DNA from: Takakia lepidozioides
Taxonomy: Eukaryota > Plantae > Bryophyta
Direction: 5' to 3'
DNA length: 64,000 nt
NCBI GenBank assembly: GCA_030704615.1
Contig: CM060733.1
Coordinates: forward strand, 13,516,001-13,580,000
Shown here: positions 52,301 through 64,000 of the stretch, one piece after another
How the letters are laid out: each line of letters opens with the position of its first letter
Numbering within the stretch: position 1 is the stretch's first letter
Position numbers and translations under genes: made by a program
Notes under the pieces: model-generated
Seen by the model: only the letters and a program-made list of their open reading frames with translations
What the model was told of the DNA's origin: nothing
Databases searched by the model: none

Positions 52301-55193
52301 ATCCATGATATAACGGCCCTTGATGAATCCCGTTTAATTGGGTCTAATAAGAGTGGGCAGAAGATGTTGGAGGCGGAGGGCCAAGGCTTTAGCGATGATT
52401 TTGTAAGCGACATTCAACAAGGTGATGGGCCTGTAGTTAGAAAGATTGGTTCTATCCCTTTTTTTGTACAACAAGGTTATGACACCTTGGGACATAGCTG
52501 GTGGCATCTCCTTGCGGTTGAAAATAAAGTTGGCCATTAGAGTGAAGTCCTCGGACAGCTTTGGCCATAGAGCCTTGTAAAATTCAACCGTCATGCCATC
52601 AATTCCAGGTGCCTTGTTATTTTGGAGCTTTTTGAGCGCATCTCCCAATTCTATGTCCGTGAAATCCCCTTCTAGCACTGCTGCAGAGAGCGGGGTCAGA
52701 ATGGATGGGGTACTGGCCAGGCAGGTGTTTTGCAGCCAGGGAAGGTTCCAGGCTGGTAAGGTCAGTTTGGTACAAGGCTTTGAAGTGGCTGGAAGCCAAA
52801 GATGCAAGCTCTTTGGGCATTGAAACTAGATTCCCGGAGGCCGGGTCTACAAGCTCTGTGATATTTTGGGAAGATTTTCGCAGCCTGGTTTTTTCGAAAA
52901 AGTATTTGGTCATTTTTTCTCCCTTTGTGGACCAATTAATTCCTGCCTGCAACTTGAGTTTTTTCTCCTACAAGTTGTGATGGATCTCCAGATTTTTCCT
53001 CGCTTCCAAGTAGGTGAGGTATGTATCTTCATCACATCTGGGGGATTCCAGTCTGCGTTGGCAGACTTTCAGGCATTTCGTAAGCGCCTTGACTTTGCGT
53101 TTTCTAATGACTGCCAAGGCTTGACTCATTTTCTGACTTTGGATATTGACTGCCTTTAACTTAGCCATGAAGCGATCTGTTGGGTTCTGGTTTGCAAAGC
53201 CTGCTTGCTGCCATGCTTGGATGAGTCGTTCCTTGAAGGAGGGCAACTTGAGGAGAATATTGTTAAGCTTGTACAAGCCTTTGCCCCTGTGCTGAATGTT
53301 AGGGATGTCCAAAGCAAGAGATACAGGAGCGTGGTCAAAGCCCATTGTAATTGGTTGTTGTGGCAGTCTCCTAGTCCATTGAACTACGTGAGAGAGATGT
53401 ATGCTCTATCTAAGCGTGCCATCTGTAGGTTGTCCAAGGATCTGTTGTTGGTCCAAGTGAATGTAGGATCATTGGTTTCCGGGGACAGGGGTGCAACTTC
53501 AACCAGGTTGTGATTCTGGGTACATAGAAGCCACTGTTCTAGGTCTTCAGAATTGAAGTTGAAGGGCTGCATGCCTCTTCGGTCTAGTGGTGATTCCACC
53601 ATGTTGAAGTCCCCAATGAGTATCCAGCTGTCTATATTGGTTAGAGTCAACATTTTGGTTGAGAGGGTGGTCCAGAGGTCCTTCCTCTCTGCTGTGGTGT
53701 TTGGTGCATATATGTTCAAGAGGCCAAATGTACCTTTGTTGTTTGGTAACTCTAGCATGCAAAATTGGACACGACCGGGGACCCACGAGTCCTCAGTGGT
53801 GACGAAGGGGTGAAGGGAAGATGAGAGAAGGATTGCAGTGCCACCCCGGCTGCCCTCGGATGTGGGTTTCCATAGGGCGTGAGCATTGGGCCAGAGGTGA
53901 TCAGTAAGCATATTCAACTTTTGCTAATCCAGTTTGTGTTCTTGCAGGCAAACTATGGAGTCTTTTGGTCATAATGGGTCGAGCCAAGATTTCATCTTGA
54001 CTTTTTTGAGAGCTGCAGGATCACTGCCAAGCCCTCTTATGTTCCACGAATGAAGTTCAATCAACATGAGGAGATTTGGGAAGGCTGAGATTTGGTGTCT
54101 CAATTGATGGCCGTTGAGGGTTAAAGGAAAATTTGACTCGGCGATCCCTTGGGTGGAGGGACTTGATCCATGTGTACTTTGCTGGAGGTTTGCGGTTGAA
54201 TCTGGTAATTTCCACAAACAAGCCATGAAGGTTGTGTGTGTTGGCTGGGGGTAGGTGTGGTTGTTGTAAGGTGAATTGGTCTTTGGAAACAGGGAGAATT
54301 GTGAGGGAGGTTAATTTGGCTTGGTCTGATAAAAGTCAGATTGCAATAGGTGATGAACTAGAGGGTGAGAGTCCGTGGCCGGGGCAGTAATGTTGATTGT
54401 GTCTTTACAGTACATTGTTTCGAGGTCAAGCGAGGGGAGAGTCTGGCGGGCTGATTTCCTAGCCTTAGAAGGCTTCTTCAAACATAAGAGCCAACATCTG
54501 GTAGGGTCCGATGAGAGAGTCTGGAAAACAATGCATGGAGAAGGGAAGAAGAGAACCTAAGCGTTAGAGTTTGCAGAGATGGATGCACTTGGTGGGGGGA
54601 CCTGACTTCCGTGCGGCGCTTGGGTGGTTGAGGTGTTGTTGACCTGGGGGGAAATGCGTAGATCTTTGACTGTAGATGCAAGCACCTTGTCTTGCCTTGG
54701 AATGGCGATTCTCCATTTTGCCCTTCATCTTGAGGTTAGCCTGACCGCTGGGACCCATAACGTGATTACTCGAGCACAATGATAGGGAGGATGCAAAGCA
54801 GACAAGAAGAGAGACCAAAACTTAGAACGAGAAAAACAGAGTGAAGAGAGTGAAGGAGTGAGGGAGCTAGTTCCCGCGTTAGGGACTACTGACTGGCTGG
54901 CCGGATCTTAATTAGCCGTCGCTTCTCTGACTGGGCAGGCATCAGAGCGCCGCCTGATAGAGCATGGTTTAAAGGAAAGGGGATGAACAGATCACAGAAA
55001 AGCAAATTTTCAAGAAGTGGTGAAAGCTGCGAAAGGAAAAGGAACATGGGCAAATAACCTATAGAAATGAAGCTTGAGTCCTAGAGAATTCAGTAATGTT
55101 GATAAAACAATAGAGAGGCAAGTCCTAATCTGAGAAACAAGGATCGGGAGAGACGAAGAGACCGTTGGGGCTCTCTCCGCAAGTTGCGGAGCG
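49350..55193 (-). mobile_element. L1-clade LINE, near-complete ORF2 (APE-RT-zinc region), degenerate
   Basis: HSWNIRGLG, NIYAPN, IGDFNMVE, ARLDRAYI, DHAPV, KAPGIDG, NYRPITLLN, RQGCPLSPLLF, YVDD, GGLGVLD, EHCLLHC. A-rich tail at ~49350-49360. Confidence 0.93.
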
Positions 55194-57474
55194 TTTTTTT
55201 TTTAATAAATTTTTAACTCGAAGTAATACTTAGATCGAATGTAAATAACAAATTAGTTTTTTCTGTTTTTCCACTCTAAAAAACCCCCTGGAGCGCCTCT
55301 AAAGGATCAATGTTACTTTTAAAACTGCTTGCAGCAAGCGTTGGAGAGTAGCCTGTAGTTTTTTCACAGGTGAGGTCACTCTGTATAGTACTGTTTTTGT
55401 CATGCATAATGGGGAAGAAACACTCTGGACAATCCGTATTTGTAACTATTATTTATTACAGAGATCTCAATTCTAATCACCATCCTGCATGCCATGCAAC
55501 ATGGGAACCTTGGTGGTGAAGCAACTATTGCTCCAAGCAAGCCAAAGTGAAAGTGAGCCCATCCGGTGAAACAAACATTTGGCATTGTCGGTTTACGCCC
55601 TTTTTGTAGTGATTGCAGACGAGACTGTGTGCGTAGGAATAAGTAAATGGCTTGTCTATCAGCTGCTTAATGTTTTGGTGTGCAATGCAAATATTCTTGT
55701 GCCTACTATGCTATTTTAACCGCACATGAACACGTCTGACAATCATGTAGATTCCGCTACAAATTATCTCAGTCTACATCAAATCGACAAATTGCTTCAG
55801 TTTGTATGGCAATTCTCGTAATCTACAAAAGTATGGAGACTAGATTGTATAGCTGCAGAAAGGTCTCAAATACAAATTTGGCCATGCGCATACCAATAAA
55901 AAAGTTGGGTACTAATTTTCTAAAAGAAAGTTAGGACAAAGCTTCTAAGTGCAAAGATTTGACAATCACTCTCACAACCTCCGTGGAGTCAACCGCTTCA
56001 ATAGATGCCCATCCCCATCCTACTTTTGAATCAAATACAGAAAAACAACACTTCCTCGGGATTAAGTTAACCCCTCTGCAAAGCCTGTTATGTTATCACC
56101 TAAAACTGCTACCACACCCAAAAAATCCTACTACTAGCATGAGAAGATGTCAAAGGGAGTCCAACTCCATGAAAGGTATCAAACTTAAACATCGCCCCAA
56201 TAGCCCTTGTCAAGTGACACCATAAGTTACGTTCCCTCCGGGAAGTGTCATACTTTTTTTTTTGTGCCCCAAAAGCATCTACCCTCACATCTGAACCTAG
56301 ACCAAAGAATATTGTCTAAATTCGGTTTGATGGCTACGTCAGCTGCTTTTATGTACGTCCTTGTAGTTTTCCTTTCTAATGGGTCTCCAAGATGAAGATA
56401 AAATACAGTTTCTAGGTATCTTGATTGTTTTAAAAAATATGCTTGGAGTATGGGAAGCAAAATCATGATTTTTATGTAATAAATTCCCACTTCACTATTT
56501 TATGATATGTTTGCTTTGTATCGCAGGGTATGGTCGACCTGATCATGTTAACTAGTAAAACTCCAATGAGATTGAGCCTAAACCCGAAAATTCATTGGCT
56601 GCCCCCACACAAGGGTCTTCCTGTGCATACAGAAGTGGAATGACTTCTCCTTCCTTTCATCGTTTCTTTTGATGATCAAAGAAATGGGACTAGTGAAGGA
56701 GAAGATCTTGGAGGTAATAGATAACGAAATGTCAAAGGTGTGCTTTTGTACTTTTGTGCATTGCCCTCAGTACTCTAGGCTGGCTATTATGCTGTATATC
56801 GAAGCGATATTAACAAAGAGAAATCATCCCCAGTTCTTTCCAGTATTTTGTTATTTACAGAATTGCCCATTTCGTGGCAGGTCCACTGTGCTTTACCAGC
56901 TACCCAGCCCTTTGGAAAACTCTACAGACCAGAGCTTTAATTATTTTAGGGTCCTGTAAATCCCCAAATGAGCAGTCCATCCCATCCCCTTTGTCCCCTT
57001 TGGACATGTAAGTTAGTCACAAGGGCCCTTCAGAGTTGAGTCTACTCGCCTCGAGCCGAGCAGAGTAGACATGAAGACTCCCCACGATTGATTCTTGTTG
57101 AGGACAAAGAGGAGACGAGAATAACTCCGCCTTAAGACAAACCAGATGGGCCAGGTGTGTGAGAGACTTCATGTCAAGTCATAATCCCTTCAAATTTGGT
57201 CAGTCCACAAAAAGTCTCATGAAACTAAGTAGAGCATTTTCTGATCTTCTTGATGAATAGAGAGTCTGTTGGAAGATCTTCTGTCAACACTCACCCAATG
57301 CATGCACAGCAGAGTCCAACTAGACCTTGCTGACTTAAATGGAGACCAAAACATGCACAAGGGGTATAAACAGAAGACATGGATACAAGTTGCACTAACT
57401 GATGTATGTATTGCAATTTGTATCCACGGACAGTCAAGCTGGTGTCAACAGCTCATGGATTTCTAGGCAACAAC

Positions 57475-59649
57475 TCATCTGCGAGGGTTGTGCTTGCGAT
57501 GGATGCCTATCAATCTTCTGTACGAGTCCCACTGGACGAAAGGCATCGCAACTCTTACAGGGAATGAGACTAAGGCTTCCAAGACCGCTCGCAAAAATGA
57601 TTCATCAGGGGTCATTCCCCTGCAAAGCATGGCAAGGAAGGGCCCTACAATGGGTGTGGTAGTGATCAAGAAAGTGCCTTGCTTGATGCCTGCTAGAACA
57701 ATTGAGGCCACTTCATCTGCTGATTGAGCATGTTTCCGATTATATTTAGACACAACTTCCACTGCTTCCTGCAGCTCCTTGCTCTTGCAAACTGGAGGAA
57801 CCCAACCCAGCAAAACAAACAGCATGTTAAGATGGGATGTACATGAAACCAAGCACACATAGTTGTTATGTGTAAGGCTTTGTATCTTAATGAACCCACT
57901 ATGTCCAGACAATGTCCCGCTCAGAAGTGGAATGCCACACAAGCGTACAGTAATGAAGCCTTGATGGGTGGGAAACTTAGTTGTCTTACCCTAAAGTAGA
58001 CTCATGCAATTTCCAATTCTATTTGCAATGCAGCTCTACTTCACACTGGAGGGAGGGAGAGAACAAGTATGTCTCTCTAAAAAAGTCACGCCCCACCTAC
58101 TTGAGCCCCTCTCGCACACAAATAACTCACATCTTCGGTTATGAACGAAAGCATACTAAGCCTTCCCATGCTGAAATGGCCAGAATAGAGCAGCGCACAG
58201 CATCTTCCCTATGCTGTTGAGGGAGAAGGGTTCTGTACCATCATCCAGGAATGCGCTCTCCACGAATCCAGGACACACCAGGTTGACACGCATGTTGTAG
58301 GGGTAGAGCTCCATTCTTAGAGCCTCGGCCACCCCTCTCACGGCATACTTGGTGCCTGTGTACATGCCATTCCCATACAGCACATACTGCACCCACAGAG
58401 AGCTTCAGTTTCTTACTGATACTGTCACCTCCATGAACCAATCCCCTCGTTCCCTTCATTTTCTTGCGTTCCAGCCTTGGTACTGCACCGTCAGCAGACG
58501 GGGAATTGTTGCGCAATGACATTACTTTGGAGCTGAACTCAAATTCTACTGGGCTACAGCCGCATTCCTAGCATTCAATATTTTCCAATGTCTGACTGCA
58601 CATAAAGAATCCCACGCAAAGGATTGGTGCGCGAGAGCTTACCAAGGAAGCAAGACTGCCCAAGAAAACGATAGAGGACGGGTGACTGTAGCTACGCTGC
58701 TTCATGAGGGGGAGGGCTACTGTCGTCGGATAAACCGTCCCAAGTATATTGGTCCGCACAAGTGTGTCCAAGTCTTCCACAGAGCAATCCTCCAGAAATC
58801 CGCTTCGGGTGAACCCAGCGTTACAAACTAGTACGTCAATAGGCCTCCATGCAAAAGCTTCCTCAATCACTTTACTTATCGCTGCGTAGTCTCCCACGTC
58901 AGCTATCTGTGGGAGGGAGCCAGTTCACAATTTGTCTGTAAGAAAAACGTCATTTAGCGACTTCTTTCGACCTCACAAATCACAGAACCGACCATGAAAC
59001 TTAGGAGAATAGTAATCTCAATCACATTTCATCGTCTTTCAGATGTAAGCTAGAGAGAACTTACTCGTAAGCGACTCTAAAGCCTTTACCGTCACGTGGG
59101 GCCAGAGGCGGCGAACAGAAAGCGGAAAAGAAAGAAATAGACAGGAAGCCCCTAAGAGAGTCTCTACCCACCCACATTACACCTCAATTGCCTGGTCCTG
59201 GCCCAACACCTCCAGCCCAATTTGGCTGTGACAGGTCTGAAGACAGAAGGACACAGACGGACAGATATTACGACACAGTTGAAACCGATAGACAAGTGGC
59301 CAGCTTGAGGATAATCAGCACCGAGAGTAATCTCCAACGACCTACAAAGCCTCCACAGAGTGACTTGAAAACACACCTTAGACTGTATCTTGTCCGAGTG
59401 ACATTTGACATCCTCCAACAGAGTCTCCCTCGCATTTTCAAGCTTCTTCCTGTTTCTAGCTACTAAGGTCACAAATCCTCCTTCCTCAAGAACCCTTTTT
59501 GCAAATGAGTAGCCTATCCCGCTCGAGGCACCGGTGATGAGCACGTGCTTGCCCGCCACCGATGCAATGAAGGGAGTCCTTTGCAGCAACTTCAAAATCA
59601 GAAGTGTGACTGCAACGCCTCCTAGAATGACAGTCAAAGAGAAACTCAT
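57475..59649 (-). CDS. TSC10: 3-ketodihydrosphingosine reductase (TSC10/KDSR-like SDR), ~333 aa; exons 59649-59377, 58906-58643, 58386-58239, 57791-57475
   Basis: N-terminal TM anchor, KHVLITGASSGIG, IDVLVCNAG, YTGTK (YxxxK), AEALRMEL and a C-terminal hydrophobic segment. In-frame GT-AG junctions. Confidence 0.88.
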
Positions 59650-61054
59650 CTTCTGTGGAGGACCTTCGCCTCAATCCCAGCAGTGCCTTGCCAGCTGATC
59701 AACTGTAGCAACCAAATTTATCGACTGCAAACAGCACTCATTGTGCATACGAATCTCCCACTTCTAGGAAGCTAGGAAGACCACAGCATCAAGGAAGGAA
59801 GCTCTCAAGCTTTCCATACAGACACGCCAAAAACGATATCGACAGCACCATCGCCCGCTCTGCCCTTCAAAAGTTTACAAGCAGCAGAGCAGCTGGGAAG
59901 GACTGAGCTCACTGCGAGCTATGGCCACTAGACCCAACCCAGCCACGATCTCAGCCGTACACTGTCAGTGCTTTCAATGCTCCAGATGGCGTTAGACATT
60001 ATTTAAACTGTTGGTGCGCTGCATTCATAGGCCCAATATGAATGAATATTCGAATTTCTCCCTTCAGAAATGAATATTCGTACATCCATCCATTTCCACA
60101 CTATTCATCCAGATAAGTTGTTGGTTTCGGCTTTGTCCTGACTCCTCGTCCTCCGTCTTCATCATCGGGTGTTGGTGGGCACATGCAAACTGCTCCAATC
60201 TGAGCGAGCTGCTCAGATTGCAGCTCATCATGCACGAGTCTTAATTGCACGAGGGTTTTCCGGACCCACAACCGAAAAAAAATGCATAAAGTGCCTGCGG
60301 GCGATCTTTTGGATTCAATTTCCTCATCTGTGCTTCTCCACCCTGGTTCACAGCTTGCAGTTGAAGCAGGCTAAAGATAGAGCTTCCTCTGAGGACAGGG
60401 TTACTCAATCATTTCTGATAAGTAATACTTCAGTCTCGTGGCCTTCTGGCCGCCAGCGATACTTTTTCCCTGCCACATCTCATCAATGCAATTCAAGGGC
60501 TTACACTCCCTCTTTTCAGTACATTAAATAAAAAGTGACCTCCACCAGCTTCTAGAGCCTGGATCTTCTCAAAGTCTAATGAGGACTCACCGTTGCAATC
60601 TACTGGAGAACAGAGGAGAAAATGGATGACCAGTTTTCAAGGACACCAACCTACTTTCATGACAGTTTTCAAAATTATAAAATGTTTTTGATTGCCTCAT
60701 TGCTATTACAGCTATATTCAGAACATTCTCTTAGGTGGTCCCACCCGGGCCCTAGGGCTTACTGTGAAACATGCACAGGACCCACAAAATCTGCACATTT
60801 CCAAGCTTCAGTCCTCCCATTGTCAAGGAAGTGAGTAATGGGAGGAATGGGAGGATTCAGCTTGGAAGTTGGAAATTTGGTTTTTTTTACAGGTATGCCT
60901 ACCTTAGAGGTTTGCCTTCCGCTGTGATAGGCAAGTTTGAGAAAATGCCATGCACATGATAGGTTGACAAGTCACACAACCATATCATATGAAATGAATA
61001 AAATAAAATAAAATAAACAATGATAGAGAAGTATGAACTTCTTACAATTACTCC

Positions 61055-61080
61055 ATATATATATATATATATATATATAT
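61055..61080. repeat. (AT)n microsatellite abutting the LINE 3' end
   Basis: Directly visible in the sequence. Confidence 0.95.
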
Positions 61081-64000
61081 GACGCCAGCCGAAGCTAGCG
61101 TAAATAAGAGCCTGTTCTCAGACTGCCCCCTTTAGGAGGTGCCAGGCTCTATGGTAACAAGAACGAGTTACTCGGCAAGCTGGCCACTTTCAATCTTTCT
61201 TTTGTTGCAGATAATGGCTCTTAGTGAAGTGATGGCCGTGAATGTAATGTTCGTAATAGGGGGGTGGTATATTTATGAGGTAGTTTAAGGTTTTCTTTTA
61301 GGATTAGACTGTTGTGACATTGAGCTCCCCCTCTGACACCACCGGTGATAATGGGGCAATGTTCCATCCATATTGACGGAGGGCTAGAACTAGGGGTTCA
61401 TATTTTTCTTGAACATAATGGATTGGTCGGGATCTCGGTAGGGAGTGGACCTGGGTGCTGCCGACGAGATGGGGAGTCCTTGGACAAGAAGAATATTTGG
61501 ACATAATCTTGCTAGACACAGGCATGGGTGATTAACGCATGTACATGGTAGCAACCATGAAGGTATTGTGTCGTCCGGTGGCCTACCTTGAAATGTGCCT
61601 ACATTAATGAGGTTGTACCATCTAGTTTTAGGGTGTGTGAGAAGAAGTTTATGGAGTTGCCAAACTCCTTGATTATGTGGAGTAATGTGAAGTCCATGGA
61701 TAATGGGATGTTTACACTGGAGAAGAAGATGCGGCCATGTGTCCACTCGAGGGGGTTGGGAATAACATAACGTGCACTGCTTGTTAGGATATAAAAGAGG
61801 CCAAAATAAATTATACCGTTGATTGCCCATGTATTGTCCATATCGAAATCAGAGTGTTTGTTTAATTTGGGCATCAGTGATTATTGGAGATTTCCAGAAG
61901 TGATTAGACATATGGTGGAGCAGCTGACGTGGCATAACCCATTTGGATATGTACGGTTTTAGATAGGTGGCGATGCACGGATTTGATCCATAGTTATCTG
62001 TCACATATGCATACAAGTCCCGAATTGGGGCTATGTCCGAGAATCTAGCTTTAGTGGATGTCAGCCATAAGGATATGTGTGTGTCAGGTGAATAGGGTCA
62101 ATCGTGGGATAAGTAGTAGGTTGGATGGTTCCAAGTTGGGCAAGTTCGTCTCCTATCTCATTACCCGTGATACCTATATGGGATCTGACTTTGTGGAGAT
62201 AAATTTGTATTGGGGATGAGTGTACGATATCTATGATGGCCTTAATGAGGTGAAGGTCAGGGTGATGAATTTGGGAGGAAGGTTTAAGGTTTTGGTTAGA
62301 GAGGAGATACAAAGACACTAAGCTATCCGTAAAGAGGTAGTAGCTGGTCGAACCAAGATGACATGATAGTGCTTTCAAAGCATCATATATAGCCATGAGT
62401 TCTGCACGTAAAATATTTTGACGACCTGGAAGATGGTTGTATGTTCTTGAGTTGTTATCGGGAGAGTATGTACCATACCCTGCATGTGTATCTTTTAGGG
62501 AGCCATCTGTATATATACATTGGTGGGGAGGGAATTTTAAAGGGGCTAAGTTTGTACAGTCCGGCATTTGTCTGAATGGGTGTTGTTGTTGGGTTGACCA
62601 AGGTGGTTGTGGGGTGGCCATATTCCATGGTTTGTCTTGGTTGATACGAGGGTAGATGTGGGGCACTTGATGCAGTTCATAGACTATGGCAGTAGGGTCA
62701 AACAACTGGTTTAGTATTTGCTTAATTGTGAAAAGAAAGTACATGATATTTGTGGGCTGTCTCAGTGGTGTACATAGACTAGTTTAGTTAGGGATAGCTC
62801 TGGATGTTTCATATACTTTGGTAATGGTGGGGTTGATTCATAGATGATCGTACGTGGGTCAAATATAGCAAATGTGAACATTCCGGGGGGGGTAGCCAGC
62901 ATAGGGTGATCAGTGTTATTGTGATTATTGTGTAGGATATATAATACGGTACAGGCTTCTACGGATATGTGGGTAGATATTCTTGCACAATGGATTGCTT
63001 CGGTAGGTAGCTGTACTATAGTCCGGAGGGTGCGCAAATTCTGTACCTTGCCAATGATGAGATCTGGCCAAGCCTATAGAGCCGAAACATTGGTCTTCCA
63101 TTTACAAGCTGGAGTAACTCTTCATCCCCATGGGGCATGTGAGGGGGATAGAGTAGTATGAGTGAGTGAGTTTAAGTTCTGTTGTAAGAAAGTTTAGGAG
63201 GGCCATGGGTAAGGTTGAATGGGAACGTGCGAGAGAGAGCTTGTTGGTTGTGTGGTGGTTAGACACTGGGGGGGGCAAATCTTGAGCATAGCGCTGGAGG
63301 TGTGTGGAAACTTTTGTCTCAAATGTTGGTGGGATCCGGGGTTGCAAGCTAGGTTGGGGGTTTAAATGAGACATATTCCATAGCCAGTTCAATCTAGCAA
63401 GTGATATGCTTCCAATGTAGCAGCCTAGTGGTCCATATATGTAGGCAAGGCCAGCGTGGGTCTGGATTGGGTGGGTGTAGAAAATATCGATGTCTAGGTT
63501 GCACTCGTTTAAGGAAATATGTAGGTTGGTTACATTTCTTGGTGGGCTAATGAAACGTTTGTCAAAAATTTGCAGTTCCGTAATGTGTTGATTATGAATA
63601 TGCGCTAAATAGTTAATGGTGGTTATGCTATAGTAATCAGCTATCATTTGGATATTGTGTTGCAATTGTTGTATTGATGGGCGATCAAAAAGGGTGTCAT
63701 TATGTTCCCAAGTGGCTTTCTTGTCGGGGTCTTTGATTAGTCCAAAGTAAGAACTCTTCGATTTCTCATGTTGCTCCACACTTCCAACACCCAGAAAAAC
63801 AATGTTAATGTAATGAATGCAAGGAATAAAAAGAGAGGAGGTACAAATGCAAAGAGTCAAAGTGAGGAGGTACGTACATAACATAAGAGTGTTGGACTCA
63901 CAAAAATATGATAGGAGACTTGTCCCCGTATCACAAGGCCCATATTTCCCAAGACTGGTATGGTACTGGTATTGGGGTAAGGGGCCGGGTAGGGTATGTA
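61081..64000 (-). mobile_element. 3' portion of a LINE with RNase H, CCHC knuckle and decayed restriction-like endonuclease (Dualen/RandI-like)
   Basis: IYTDGS, ILRAELMAI, FTDSL, KVRSHIGITGNE..DELA (RNase H). CTLC...PHLLLQC, then HN and RLCPNILLV (degenerate RHN / RPD), KYEPLV.AL..YGW. Frameshifted. Confidence 0.8.

Overview
Eukaryotic nuclear DNA from a land plant, with GT-AG spliced genes and PLS-type PPR fragments. A flavodiiron (FLV) exon points to a non-angiosperm such as a bryophyte, lycophyte, fern or gymnosperm. Four apparently intact spliced genes are present: an aldo-keto reductase (16103-19872 +), a YbaK/ProX-type deacylase-domain protein (21327-23477 -), methionine sulfoxide reductase A (24308-26372 -, start uncertain) and a 3-ketodihydrosphingosine reductase-like SDR (57475-59649 -). 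The rest is mostly mobile DNA. (1) A DNA-transposon-like relic at the left end carries a decayed ParB-like gene and 8 copies of a 24-bp palindrome. (2) A tandem duplication contains a chimeric L1-like LINE, with a hAT MITE in one copy only. (3) An inverted AKR pseudogene is followed by a ~6-kb mosaic of unrelated gene fragments (B3, OSB-type PDF motif plus PPR, DUF2921, DRM methyltransferase, RPL28). (4) A 9.6-kb element with 336-bp TIRs and TA flanks carries ITPK and FLV exons and a nested RTE-X-like LINE. (5) A second L1-like LINE and the 3' end of an RNase H/RLE-bearing (Dualen/RandI-like) LINE fill the right part. All family calls are from manual motif recognition; no searches were run.
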